Notes under the pieces: generated by a model
The model's database searches: none
Told to the model about the DNA's origin: nothing
What the model saw: only the letters and a program-made list of their open reading frames with translations
In this document: positions 53,163 through 64,000 of the stretch, piece by piece
Layout of the letters: every line of letters starts with the position of its first letter
Position numbering within the stretch: the stretch's first letter is position 1
Source of the DNA: Octopus vulgaris
Taxonomy: Eukaryota
Length of the DNA stretch: 64,000 nucleotides
Direction of reading: 5' to 3'
NCBI GenBank assembly: GCA_951406725.2
Contig: OX597832.1
Location: 53,134,001-53,198,000, forward strand
Program-made: the position numbers and the translations under genes

Positions 53163-54149
53163 GTTAGTCGCTATAACTAACTTGTTTCGGCACCTTTTTT
53201 TCTTTATAAAAAAAAGGTTATTTCTATACTCTCTCTTTTATAAAAATCTATTTGGTAATTTTCACTTGTCATTGTTTTATTTTTCTGTCTAATTAAAACT
53301 TAGTTACAAGTCTATTAATGTCAATTAAAACATTGCCCTCGCTCTAATTTCGAGTTCTACCAACTACTTAGGTTGTTGTGGGGGTATGTTTTATAATACA
53401 GTTACTTGTTATCTGCTTTGATAAGTCTGTGAAGGATTAATTTTACCCAGGATTTTAATTAAGAATTCTAGGCTGCAGTTAAACATAATTAAAGAGATTT
53501 GAAATACAAATAAGTCTTCTTCCCCCCTCAATATAACACATCCATCGCTAAGGAGGTCGTAAAGAGGCACCATTTAGTTAGACATCTTTTAAAAACATTA
53601 TTTCAATATCATTCTCCCAAGTGCACATCTGGTCAGTGTTTAGCTTTCGTCTCCTAAGGTCGATAAAATAATGTACAAGGGTAACTATAGAACTACTTGA
53701 TATCCCTCTCCCGAACTCTGCGGATATTCCACTGCAGTCATCGTGTTTAACCATTTATAATTAATATTGGCTTGCAAAAATCGAATATTATTGGAGATAT
53801 ATATTCATAAATGTTTAGTTTCAGAGTAATAATAAAATAAAAGGCTACCCAAATGTTGTACATGCAATAACACGAGGTCGCTCGACCTGCTAGAAATGAC
53901 AGCCAAACCTTTCAACTGTTGAAAAAGAAGGCAGGGTGTTCGAGAAAGACGGAATGATTTTTGATGAGAGAACTGGTAAATAAGAGCTGACCTAGGCAAA
54001 ATAACAATTTTCAAACTGGAAATATTCCACTATATTTAAATGTATCTTGAAAGGGCGGGTTCTGGGAGGAATTTAGCGAGCAGGCAGGTGACCATCGTGG
54101 ATCAGTTCTCTGCTCAAAGTTTTCCAGGCAGCAACAGTGTTTTTTTAAA

Positions 54150-54280
54150 ACTAGTTGTCTTTGGGAACTCTGTATGTTGATGACATTAGTTTACATATTT
54201 GAAACTGTCGAAAAAGGAGATAAATTCCATATGACAGGTCTTAAAGTAAATCCAGCCAGAACAAAAATTTTAGTTTGAGA
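54150..54280 (+). mobile_element. Old RTE reverse-transcriptase remnant
   Basis: LYVDD (YADD-like) and GLKVNPARTKIL fragments. Confidence 0.45.
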
Positions 54281-56434
54281 GAAAGAAGTTAGGACTCGAA
54301 CACAGGACCTCAGGATTGCAAAGCGAATTCCCTTAACCATTCAGCTATACATTCCTAACCATTCCTCCTACACATAAAGATTACACATACATGTACATGC
54401 ACACTCATGTATAAGTGTGGCATGGCTGTGCAATTAAGAAGCTTACTTTCCAAGCATGTGGGTCCTGGGTTCAGTCCCATTGTGTGGAACCTTAGGCAGG
54501 TGTCTTCTACGATAACCTCAGTGGATTTAATAGACAGTAACTGAAAGAAGCCCATTATGTGAGTGTGTGTGTATATATGTATGTATGCATGTATGTGTTT
54601 ATACCCCACTACCACTTGACAACTAGTGTTGGTGTGTTTATATCCCTGCAACTTAGCAGTTCAGTAAAAGAGAATGCTATAGAATAAGTACCAGGCTTAA
54701 ATAAAATATTGTGGCTGATTTGTTTGACTCACAATTCATCAAGGCATTGTCCCCACTATGGCTTCCCTAATGATTTAAACAAGTAAAACACACACACACA
54801 CATGCAAGGGAAGAAGGTAACTAATTTATATCCAACCCAGTCAGATTTCAACTGGTACTTATTTTATTGACCCTGAAAGGATAAAAGATAAAATCAACCA
54901 TGGTAGTGTATGAACTCAGAAAGTAATGAATTGGAAGAAATGGTGATTTGTCCAATGTTCTAATGATCTTGCCAGCTTCATGGCTTTATGCTTAGTTCCC
55001 CACAACTGGCTCCCATGCTGGTGGCACATAAAAACCTCTATCAGAATGTGATAGATGCCAGGCCCACCTGATTGGCTCTCATAGCAGTGGCATTCAAAAA
55101 GCACCCACTACACTCTGTAGAAAGAAACATTGCCAGATCAGACTGGAGCCTGGTGTAGCCCGCTGACTCTCCAGACCTCAGTTAAACCATCCAACCCATG
55201 CCAGGATGGAAAACATGTTAAATGATGATAATTAAGGAATTCAATCAAGACATTAGGCAGATCCAGTTTCAATAACAACATCCCACTGGATGTCTTTACT
55301 GTTCTTTTGTTCCTTAAGTTTCATCCTCTTTGAATTCCGACTTGGAAACTGTTTACTTTGATCTTTCTATACCTCTGGGCATCGTTTACCTTTTACTTGT
55401 TTCAGTCATTAGACTGTGGCCGTGATGGAGCACTGCTTTCACAAAGCATCAAAAATGTCTGTTTTTCTTTTTTCCTCCCAACAATTCTATGTGAATGTAA
55501 ATAACATGATTTTTGATGATGGTGTTGAGGGGTGAAATGAGCCTAAATCTGATATATTTAACCGCACAACCATGTGTACCTCTAATATTTTGTAGGGCGG
55601 CAAGCTGCAGAATTGTTAGCACACCAGGCGAAATGCTTAGCAGTGTTTCGTCTGCCATTATGTTCTAAGTTCAAATTCTGCCGAGGTCAACTTTGCCATT
55701 CATCCTTTCGGGAACGATTAAATAAGTACCAGTTACACACTGGAGTTGATGTAATCAACTTAATCTCTTTGTCTGCCCTTGTTTGTCCTCTCTGTTTAGC
55801 CTCCTGTGGGTAATAAAGAAATAAATATTTTGTAGTGTGGAACAGCTGCCAGAATTTCTCTCAAACTTTGAACCTCGTAATGTGTTTGTGCGTGTTTAAA
55901 TGTGCATTTGTATATATGTGTATGTGCATGTTTGTATATGTGTGTGTATGTGCGTTTGTGTATGTAGATATGTGCATGTGTATATATTTTGTTTGTGTGT
56001 GTGGGTGTATATATTCTTATACTTGACTGCAGCCATGCTGGAGCACTGCCTTTAGTTGAACAAATCAACCCCAGGATTTATTCTTTGTAAGCCTAGTACT
56101 TATTCTATAGTTCTCTTTTGCTGAACTGCTAAGTTATGGGGATGTAAATACACCAACATTGGTTGACAAGCAATGGTGGGGGGACAAACACACACACACA
56201 TACACACACATATATATAACTGATGAGCTTCTTTCAGTTTCTGTTTACCAAATCCACTAACAAGGCTTTGGTGGGCCCGAGGCTGAAGTAGAAGATACTT
56301 GCCCAAGGTGCCATGGAGTAGGGAAGCAAGCTTCTCACCACACAGCCATGCCAGTGTCTGTATATATGTATGTGTGTCTGTATATATGTATGTGTGCATG
56401 TGTCTATGTATGTGTATATATATGTGTGTGTATA

Positions 56435-56730
56435 TCTCTATATATATAAACAGCAAAATGTCTCTGTGCGTGTCCTTTATACAAATCCACAATTGTTCAG
56501 TTAGAGAGCTCGCACTTTCTATGGTCATTCAAAACCGTCCAAGGGTGGTTGTGCACATCTTTACATTTCCCCAGTCACCCGGCAAAGCCATTAAAAAATC
56601 AATAGAAGTGACTTTTTTGTGAATTTTCTATCCAAAACCCAATCAAAATGCCCGAAACTTGATACGCCAATTGAATGCCAGCTAGCTGTATGTGATTGGT
56701 CGGAGATTTGGACAGTACTTGCGTGGTTGT
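56435..56730 (+). mobile_element. Probable Helitron 5' fragment
   Basis: Starts TCTCTATATATATAAAC like the other Helitrons. No 3' CTAG end found. Confidence 0.45.
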
Positions 56731-56793
56731 GTGTGTATGCATATATATAAATAAAATATGTAAGTTTGCTATCTCATGTTTCTTCCATTGAAG

Positions 56794-56961
56794 GAGCCAA
56801 CCGATGGTTTAGACGTAGCAGTCATTATGACAAATGGACTAACCTCTGTTTTGAAGATATGGAAGCGTTGATTAGCTGTGGAGATATTCAACTCTTTGAT
56901 GTTCGGGAACCCAAAGAAATACTGGACACTGGTAAAATACCTTGTGCTATAAATATTCCTT
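56794..56961 (+). CDS. Rhodanese-domain gene, exon 2
   Basis: Acceptor TTTCTTCCATTGAAG|GA. Encodes GDIQLFDVREPKEILDTGKIPCAINIP, the rhodanese N-terminal signature (DVRxxxE...GxIPxAxNIP). Donor T|GTAAGT. The catalytic-Cys exon is not seen in the window. Confidence 0.88.
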
Positions 56962-57187
56962 GTAAGTTTTATATCTTTCTTCTCCTCCTTTTATTAGTTG
57001 TGCATAAATTCCGTGAAGGCTAATGTACTCTAAATTGTAGTTTTACGTACTTCAGTTCATCTTTTGTTTCAGTCATTGGGCAACAGCCTTTGAAGGCTTG
57101 GGCATTGCTTTGAAGGGTTTCAGTTAAGCAGATTGACTCCCCAGTACTTTTTCAGTTTGTTAAATCTGGTACTTATTCTATCAGTTT

Positions 57188-57737
57188 TCATCATCATTAT
57201 TTAGTGTCCGCTTTCCATGCTAGCATGGGTTGGACGGTTCGACTGGGGTCTGGGAAGCCAGAAGGCTGCACCAGGCCCAGTCTGATCTGGCAATGTTTCT
57301 ACGGCTGGATGCCCTTCCTAACGCCAACCACTCCGTAAGTGTAGTGGGTGCTTTATACGTGCCACTGGCACAGTTGCTAGACGGGGCTGGCAAATGGCCA
57401 TGGTTGGATGTTGCTTTTTACGTGCCACCGGCACGGGGGCCAGGCAGGGCTGGCAACGGCCACGATTGGATGGTGCTTTTTATGTGCCACCGACACTGGT
57501 ATCACAGCTACAATTTCCATTGATGTTGATCGATTTCGATTTTGATTCTCACTTGCCTCAACAGGTCTTCACAAGTAGAGTTTTGTGTCCCAAAAAGGAA
57601 AGGTATGCATAAGTGGACTGGCTACATCCCAGGTAGACGCCATGGGTTATGGTCTCATTTGTCCTGCCGGGTCTTCTCACGCACAACATACTTCCATAGG
57701 TCTCGGTCTCTAGTCATTTCCTCGGTGAGACCTAAAG
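57188..57737 (-). mobile_element. RTE LINE 3' end
   Basis: Same family, including the end of the ORF. Smaller or older pieces at about 10470-10795, 13670-13880, 19915-20190, 55010-55230, 58000-58220, 60040-60190 and 61330-61490. Confidence 0.8.
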
Positions 57738-58218
57738 AGCGATGGTCGTGCTTTTGTTTGCTGAATTGCTAAGTTACTGGGGCATAAAATAAAAACAAAC
57801 CAACACTTGTCAGGCATTTGGGGAAGACACACACACACACACACACACACCGAGGACACTGAGTCTTTTGGAGGAGATGACAAAGGACTGAGATGTCTAG
57901 TGCCATGCTGTACTCAACACAATTCATCCTCCACAGCAGAAGTGTTAAGGCCGCTTCCCCTGATGAAGGGGACGAGCCTGCAAGAGTCCTGTGCTGGCAC
58001 CACATGAAAAGCACTCATGCAGGTGCCACGTAAAAGTACCCGTGTTGGTACCATGTTAAAAACATCCAGCACACACTGTAAAGTGGTTTGGCACTAGGAA
58101 GGTTATCCAACCACCAAGCCAAATCAGGCTTGAACCTGGTGCAGATCTCCTGCTTGCCAGCTTTGGTCAAACCATTCCACCCATGCCAGCATGGAAAGCA
58201 GACATTAAAGGATGATGA

Positions 58219-58262
<44 letters not shown>

Positions 58263-59786
58263 CAAATAAGAAAATAGAGGAACAGATTATGGTATTATCT
58301 TATATATTGTATGTATTTTATGTATTTTATTGTATATTGTTTTATTCTGTTGGATTTGGATGTTCCTATTTAAGTAGTTAATAAATAATATGAATTGGTA
58401 TTATCTGTAAGTCGATGATTGAAAGGAATCTGTTCCTCCATTTTCTTATTTGTATTATGAATTTGAGGTAAAATATTTTACCTTCGCCCATCTAATACAA
58501 TAAATCTAGTAACCCCTATCTCACTTTGTACTATAAGTATATATATATTCCATATATATATATTCCATCTACTAGATTCATCCCTTTCAGAGTTGATGAA
58601 ATAAGTACTAGTTAAGCACTGGGGTTGATGTAATTGGCTAGCACCCTCCTCCAAAATTGCAGGCCTTGTGCCTATAGAAGAAAAGATTATCATTACTGAC
58701 TTTCAGTTTGAGCTTCATTTGCATATCACCTCCTGGTTTCTTTTTATCATTCATCCAGTCACCTGTAATTTGAGTCAATGAAATCTAATATCTCATTAAT
58801 TAACATGAAAAGTCCTCTTCGTTATTTAATTCTCTGAGTAACATGGTAGATTAAACAAACTTTGTTACAGATCATGAGAACGATGCCCAACTTGAACTCT
58901 CCTCATCACTGTTGTTGATAATCTCAGGCAAACTTGTAACAATTCTCATCACATGATCGCGTGACCAATCAGACTATCAGATGTTGCTACACATCGCTGG
59001 TCACAATGCGCTTCGCATTGTTTTAGCCTTCAAATGACGCCACCCCACTGGCTAAGCAAGCAGGGTGACAAAAGAAAGAGTGAGAGAAAGTTGCGGCAAA
59101 AGAGTACAGCAGGGATTCCCCCCCGTCCTGCCTGAGCCTCATGGAGCTTTAGGTGTTTTCACTCAATAAACACTCAATGTCCAGTCTAGGAATCAAAACC
59201 GTGAGCCCGCTGCCCTAACCACTGGGCCATTGCGCCTCCATAACAATTCTTATGTTTTAAACAAATATACAATCATCATATCGAAAGGACTTAGTTTTGA
59301 CTTCAGAGGATAATGTTTCAGCTTAGCTCTACATTTCTACAAAGTTCTGATGTTCTAAGCACACTTTTTTGTCTTTCCATTCCATACATTCCAGACACAA
59401 TTCATCAGGAAACCATTTGCATAATTACTAAATCATCTTTTACTGACACATTCTCTACCTCCTCTTTTTAATAATGGACTCATCTTTCCTCTGCTTGCTA
59501 ATTGTCTTGCATTGACTTTATTACTTTCTGGTTGTATTGTCACTCTCATTTCTACTTGCTGCATCGTTTCCTTTGTCTCTATTGGTTGTACCATTTTGCC
59601 CTCACCCCTGCTGGTTGTACAGTGTCGCCCTCATACCTACTTGTTGTATTGTATCCTTCACCTTGCTGTTTGTGTTTCCCCTCATCTTTGCTGGTATCTA
59701 CTGATCTACCCTTGTACCTACTGATTGTACCTTTGCCCTCATATTTTATCTTTCACGCTTGCGTTCCTGCTTCCTTCTATCAAAAC

Positions 59787-60258
59787 CAGGGCTGGCCAAT
59801 CTGAGGCCTGCGGGCTGCAGACTTTTATCTTGTAGCTCACTTGATACTTTCTTGAAATGGGTTTATTTAAACAAACATTTAAAAAATTTTATAAAAAATT
59901 AAAGAGCGTAATGAAAAGTAAGAAAAAAAGGAAAATACTACTGTCCTTGCAACAATTAAATTTGATGTTGATTCACCGATCATTCATTTATTATTGTAAT
60001 AACAGCATGTGAAAGCAAAATGCTTTCAATTCTGTCAGTATCATCATCATCATTGTTTAGTGTCCGCTTTCCATGCTAGCATGGGTTGGACGGTTCAACT
60101 GTGGTCTGGGAAGCCCGAAGGCTGCACCAGGCCAGTCAGATCTGGCAGTGTTTCTACAGCTGGATGCCCTTCCTAACGCCAACCACTCCGTGAGCATCCA
60201 TGAAAAAACTTTCTGTGATTAAAGTGGCCTGCAATGTAATTTGAGTTGGCCAGGCCTG
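59787..60258. mobile_element. hAT (Charlie-like) MITE containing an RTE fragment
   Basis: TIR CAGGGCTGGCCAA / TTGGCCAGGCCTG with an imperfect 8-bp TSD. Similar old elements at about 30995-31145 and 51708-51863. Confidence 0.6.
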
Positions 60259-61501
60259 GTCTAAACATTACATGCAGTTCTTCATTCTAAACAATGCTGC
60301 TCTTTGGAATTCCTTTCTCTCTTGTCCCGCTAGCCACACAAATGTACAAACCCCAAAAGAATCAAAGCCAACTTCACTGCTATTTTTCTAACTTAGAGGC
60401 TTTCCTTCTGGACAAAGACCAATGCATTCTTCCTCTTTGCATACAAGAAGAGAAAGGACATTTTGCTTTGTAACAGTGACTTCTTGAGGAATTAGAAACA
60501 GGTTAAGAAATTTTCTGACAAAGAAATGGAATAAATTATTTAGAATGAATTAAAGATGAAGGATGAAGTTGACATTGTTGATTGGCAGCTTGAATTTATT
60601 CAATAAACCTGATGCCATAGGTAAAGGAGAAGATGTTCAGAAGGATTCAGTTCTTGAGAAGTGTAGGGTTTAGAGTGTGAAATATAATAGAGGTCATGAG
60701 TAAGGAGTTAGTAAATGGACTGGTCCAGGGCAGTATGGTTTCCCAGCCAGTCAGTTGGCCATTTATGCGATCTGAGATGTCTGTGCATGTTGTGGCAGCA
60801 TAATTACACACACACATATATAGGCACAATTGTGGTTGTGTGGTAAGAAGTATGCTTTCTAAATATGTGATTTTGGGGTTCAGTCTCACTGCATGGCATC
60901 TTGGATAAGTGACTTCTACTATAACCCATTCTTGTGGATGAATTTGGTAGATGGAAACTGAAAGATGCCATTCACATACATGGACCGGACTGCATGTTGT
61001 GTTCTTGAGCAAGACACTTTATTTCACGTTGCTCCAGTTCACTCAGCTTTAGAAATGAGTTGCGACGTCACAGGTGCCAAACTGTATCGGCCTTTGCCTT
61101 TCCCTTGGATAACATCAGTGGCATGGAGAAGGGAGGCTGGTATGAATGGGTGACTGCTGGTCTTCCATAAAACCCCCCAACTTGTACACTGGAGGGGAAT
61201 CTCTTCGGTGCACCCATAGTCATTCGTGACCAACGGAGTTGAGTTTATATATATATATATATGGATGAATGTATGGGTGTGTTTGTTACTGTCTCCTTGC
61301 TTGCTTTGGCAATGTAGGTGTAAGTATCCTTCATCTCCAATATTATGTGAGAACATGTTTGGTCATAGGGAAATATTGGTAACAGATGAGGGTTGGCATC
61401 AAGAAGGGCATCCAGCCATAGAAAATCTACCCCAACAAGTTTTATCCAATTCATGCAAACATGGAAAAGTGGATGTTAAAACTATGATATTGATTATAAA
61501 T

Positions 61502-61536
<35 letters not shown>

Positions 61537-62698
61537 AAAATTTAATGTATACAATTGCAAAAGTGCTACTAACAGTTTCATGCTTTAAGATACATTAGAT
61601 TGACAGATTCATATATGTCATGTATCTCCAAGCAATGTTTCAGACTCAGTTCATAACATTAGATATATTTAAAAACCAGGATGTTGATCTATGAAAAAAA
61701 TGAGAAAAAAAAATGTAAAGAAGGTTGATGTAAAATGTGGAAAGAGAAGAAAACAAAGGCAAGTAAGAAAAACAAGATCTTCATTGTCTTTGGCAGTAGA
61801 AACCAGAATTAATGTTAACAGAAAGCAGGGCAAAGTTTGTGTGATAGCTACTCAATCTGGAGTGGATGGTGACCACCAGTTCATCAAAAGGAATCTATCC
61901 ATGTGCTTGCACCTGCTAAAAATTTCAGATCTGGAGTTAAGGTGAATCTCACTTGGCAATGTTATGTGAGATGAATTTATGAAATCTCATGAGGAGTTTT
62001 GATTTATTGCAACTTTTGTGTGTTTTGGCTGCTGTTGTTGGATATTGGACAAGGAAGATGTATTGCAAGATGGTTTCCTTGACATATGTGTGTGTGTGTG
62101 TATTAAAACATGTTTTTGAGGTCTTCAAAGAAGCAATGCGTATCTGGCATAAGATGTCAGGGTTACTTTGTGGGGTGACAGATTGATTAGGGATGGATTG
62201 ATGAGTGAACAGTGGCATTGTATGTGTGAGTATATGGTCAGAAGTCAGAGCAAATAAGGTATAATTATACAAAACAGAAAGTACAGGAGACCTAACCTAA
62301 ACCTTGGAGTACAATAGAGTTGATAAAATGTGGGTCAGATACGGAGATCTTGCAGTATGTTGTGGTGTAACAGGAGTGGTTTAACAGGAAATATTTGATC
62401 TAAAAGATAAGAGGCAGTGGAGTCTACAAGTGGACAGCTTTGTGAAGAAATTCTTTTATAATAGACACTTTTGTTAAAGATGGCTGGTTAGCAAATAACA
62501 TTAGTGTTGAGAACCCACAAATGTGAGTTGAAGGAAAAGAGCACATGTCTTGTAGATTTGGCCACCACCCCCTGCCAGAGCCTCGTGGAGCTTTAGGTGT
62601 TTTCTCTCAATAAACACTCACAATGCCTGGTCTGGGAATCAAAACTGCGATCTTACAACCGCGAGTCCGCTGCCATAACCACTAGGCCATTTAGCCTC

Positions 62699-62731
<33 letters not shown>

Positions 62732-62840
62732 TGGCCTGCTCGCTTAGCCAGCGGGGTGGCGTCATTCGAAGGCTAAAACAATGCGAACGCATTGTGACCA
62801 GCGATGTGTAACAACATCTGATGGTCTGGTCAGTCATGTG

Positions 62841-62876
<36 letters not shown>

Positions 62877-63215
62877 GTGAAGGCGCATGGCTCAGTGGTT
62901 AGAGCGTCGAAGCTTACGATCGTGAGGTTCTGATCTCGAATCCCAGACCAGGCTGTGTGTTGTGTTCTTGAGCAAGACACTTTATTTCACGTTGCTCCAG
63001 TTAACTCAGCTATAGAAATGAGTTGTGACGTCACAGGTGCCAAGCTGTATCGGCTGTTGCCTTTTCCTTGGATAACACTGGTGGTGTGGAGAGGGGAGGC
63101 CATTATGCATGGGCGATTGCTGGTCTTCCATAAACCACCTTGCCCAGACTTGTGACTAGGAAGGTAACTTTCTAGGTGCAAGCCCATGGTCAGTGCCATG
63201 ACCAAAGGGGATCCC
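62877..63215 (+). mobile_element. tRNA-derived SINE family D
   Basis: TGGCTCAGTGGTTAGAGCG...TCGAATCCC head. Headless copy at about 60985-61240. Confidence 0.75.
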
Positions 63216-63228
63216 AGGCCATACACAC

Positions 63229-63260
<32 letters not shown>

Positions 63261-63349
63261 TAATTCGAGACAAAACCACTATTTTGCAAATCAAACAAGG
63301 AAAGACTTAATCAATACATAAAAAATTTTAATATAAAGTAAATAAACCG

Positions 63350-63393
63350 CCACTACAATTGTTTCATGTCTTCAAATGACATTCGTCAGGTGG
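63350..63393 (-). ncRNA. Minimal type I hammerhead ribozyme
   Basis: Minus strand reads CCAC-CTGACGA-ATGTC-ATTTGAA-GACAT-GAAAC-AATT-GTA-GTGG. Stems I and II are perfect, ACAATTGT is palindromic, and the cleavage triplet is GUA. Confidence 0.85.
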
Positions 63394-63622
63394 ATTTCCG
63401 ATCTAAAAATATCAATATTTTAAAATATAAGTTTAAAATAATAAAATTATCAATGAAAGAATATAAATATATATAATCTATATATAATCTATATATAATC
63501 AATATATAATCTAAAATAAATCCTATAAACAATTGAATATAAAGAAACCTATTATTAAAGTTCTCATATTTAAAGATGTACAAAAAACAAAAAACAAACA
63601 ACAAAAAAAAAATCCCTAATAT

Positions 63623-63674
<52 letters not shown>

Positions 63675-63711
63675 CATCATCATCATCGTTTAACGTCCGC
63701 TTTCCATGCTA

Positions 63712-63755
<44 letters not shown>

Positions 63756-64000
63756 GCAAATCAAAAGTAAAAAACAAGAAAAAAAAACAAAACCAATCAA
63801 ACATATGCAGTGAATGTATTAGACTAACGCTCTGTGAAAGTTTTCGATGGGAAAATGTGAGTGGAGATGATATTGCAAGTATGGTTACTCTCTGTTAAGT
63901 AACACTACATCTTGCGAATGTATTGTTCAGTTGCAGGAGATATGAAGTCCTGATACTGGAGTTTAGTTTTTATCCATTTGTTTGTTGCACTTTTCTGATT

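Overview
AT-rich, repeat-dense eukaryotic genomic DNA. The SINE families, (TA)n/(CA)n/(TACA)n microsatellites and RTE LINE ends strongly suggest an octopus-like cephalopod (inference). Two spliced host genes are visible, arranged head-to-head. (1) A minus-strand ankyrin-repeat gene has TWO paralogous large first coding exons (35766-35146 and 29547-28999). Both end in phase 0 at the same point of an ankyrin repeat (TPLQ| and TALH|), and both join in frame to one shared downstream exon (13232-12914, |LAVLTKHVDVVEILL). This looks like a variable-exon/constant-exon locus and is the main finding. (2) A plus-strand rhodanese-domain gene has two visible exons (52940-53162, 56794-56961). The rest is transposon-derived: tRNA-derived SINEs, RTE and CR1/L2-like LINE ends, a Gypsy remnant, Penelope-like remnants, Tc1/maT/pogo remnants, Helitrons, and MITEs of several superfamilies. 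Three type-I hammerhead ribozymes with a canonical core and several variant or degenerate ones are present, and there are several short local templated duplications. Nearly all other ORFs in the track are repeat or microsatellite artefacts. Repeat boundaries are approximate unless a TSD or terminus is quoted. Family names come from motif recognition, not database searches.
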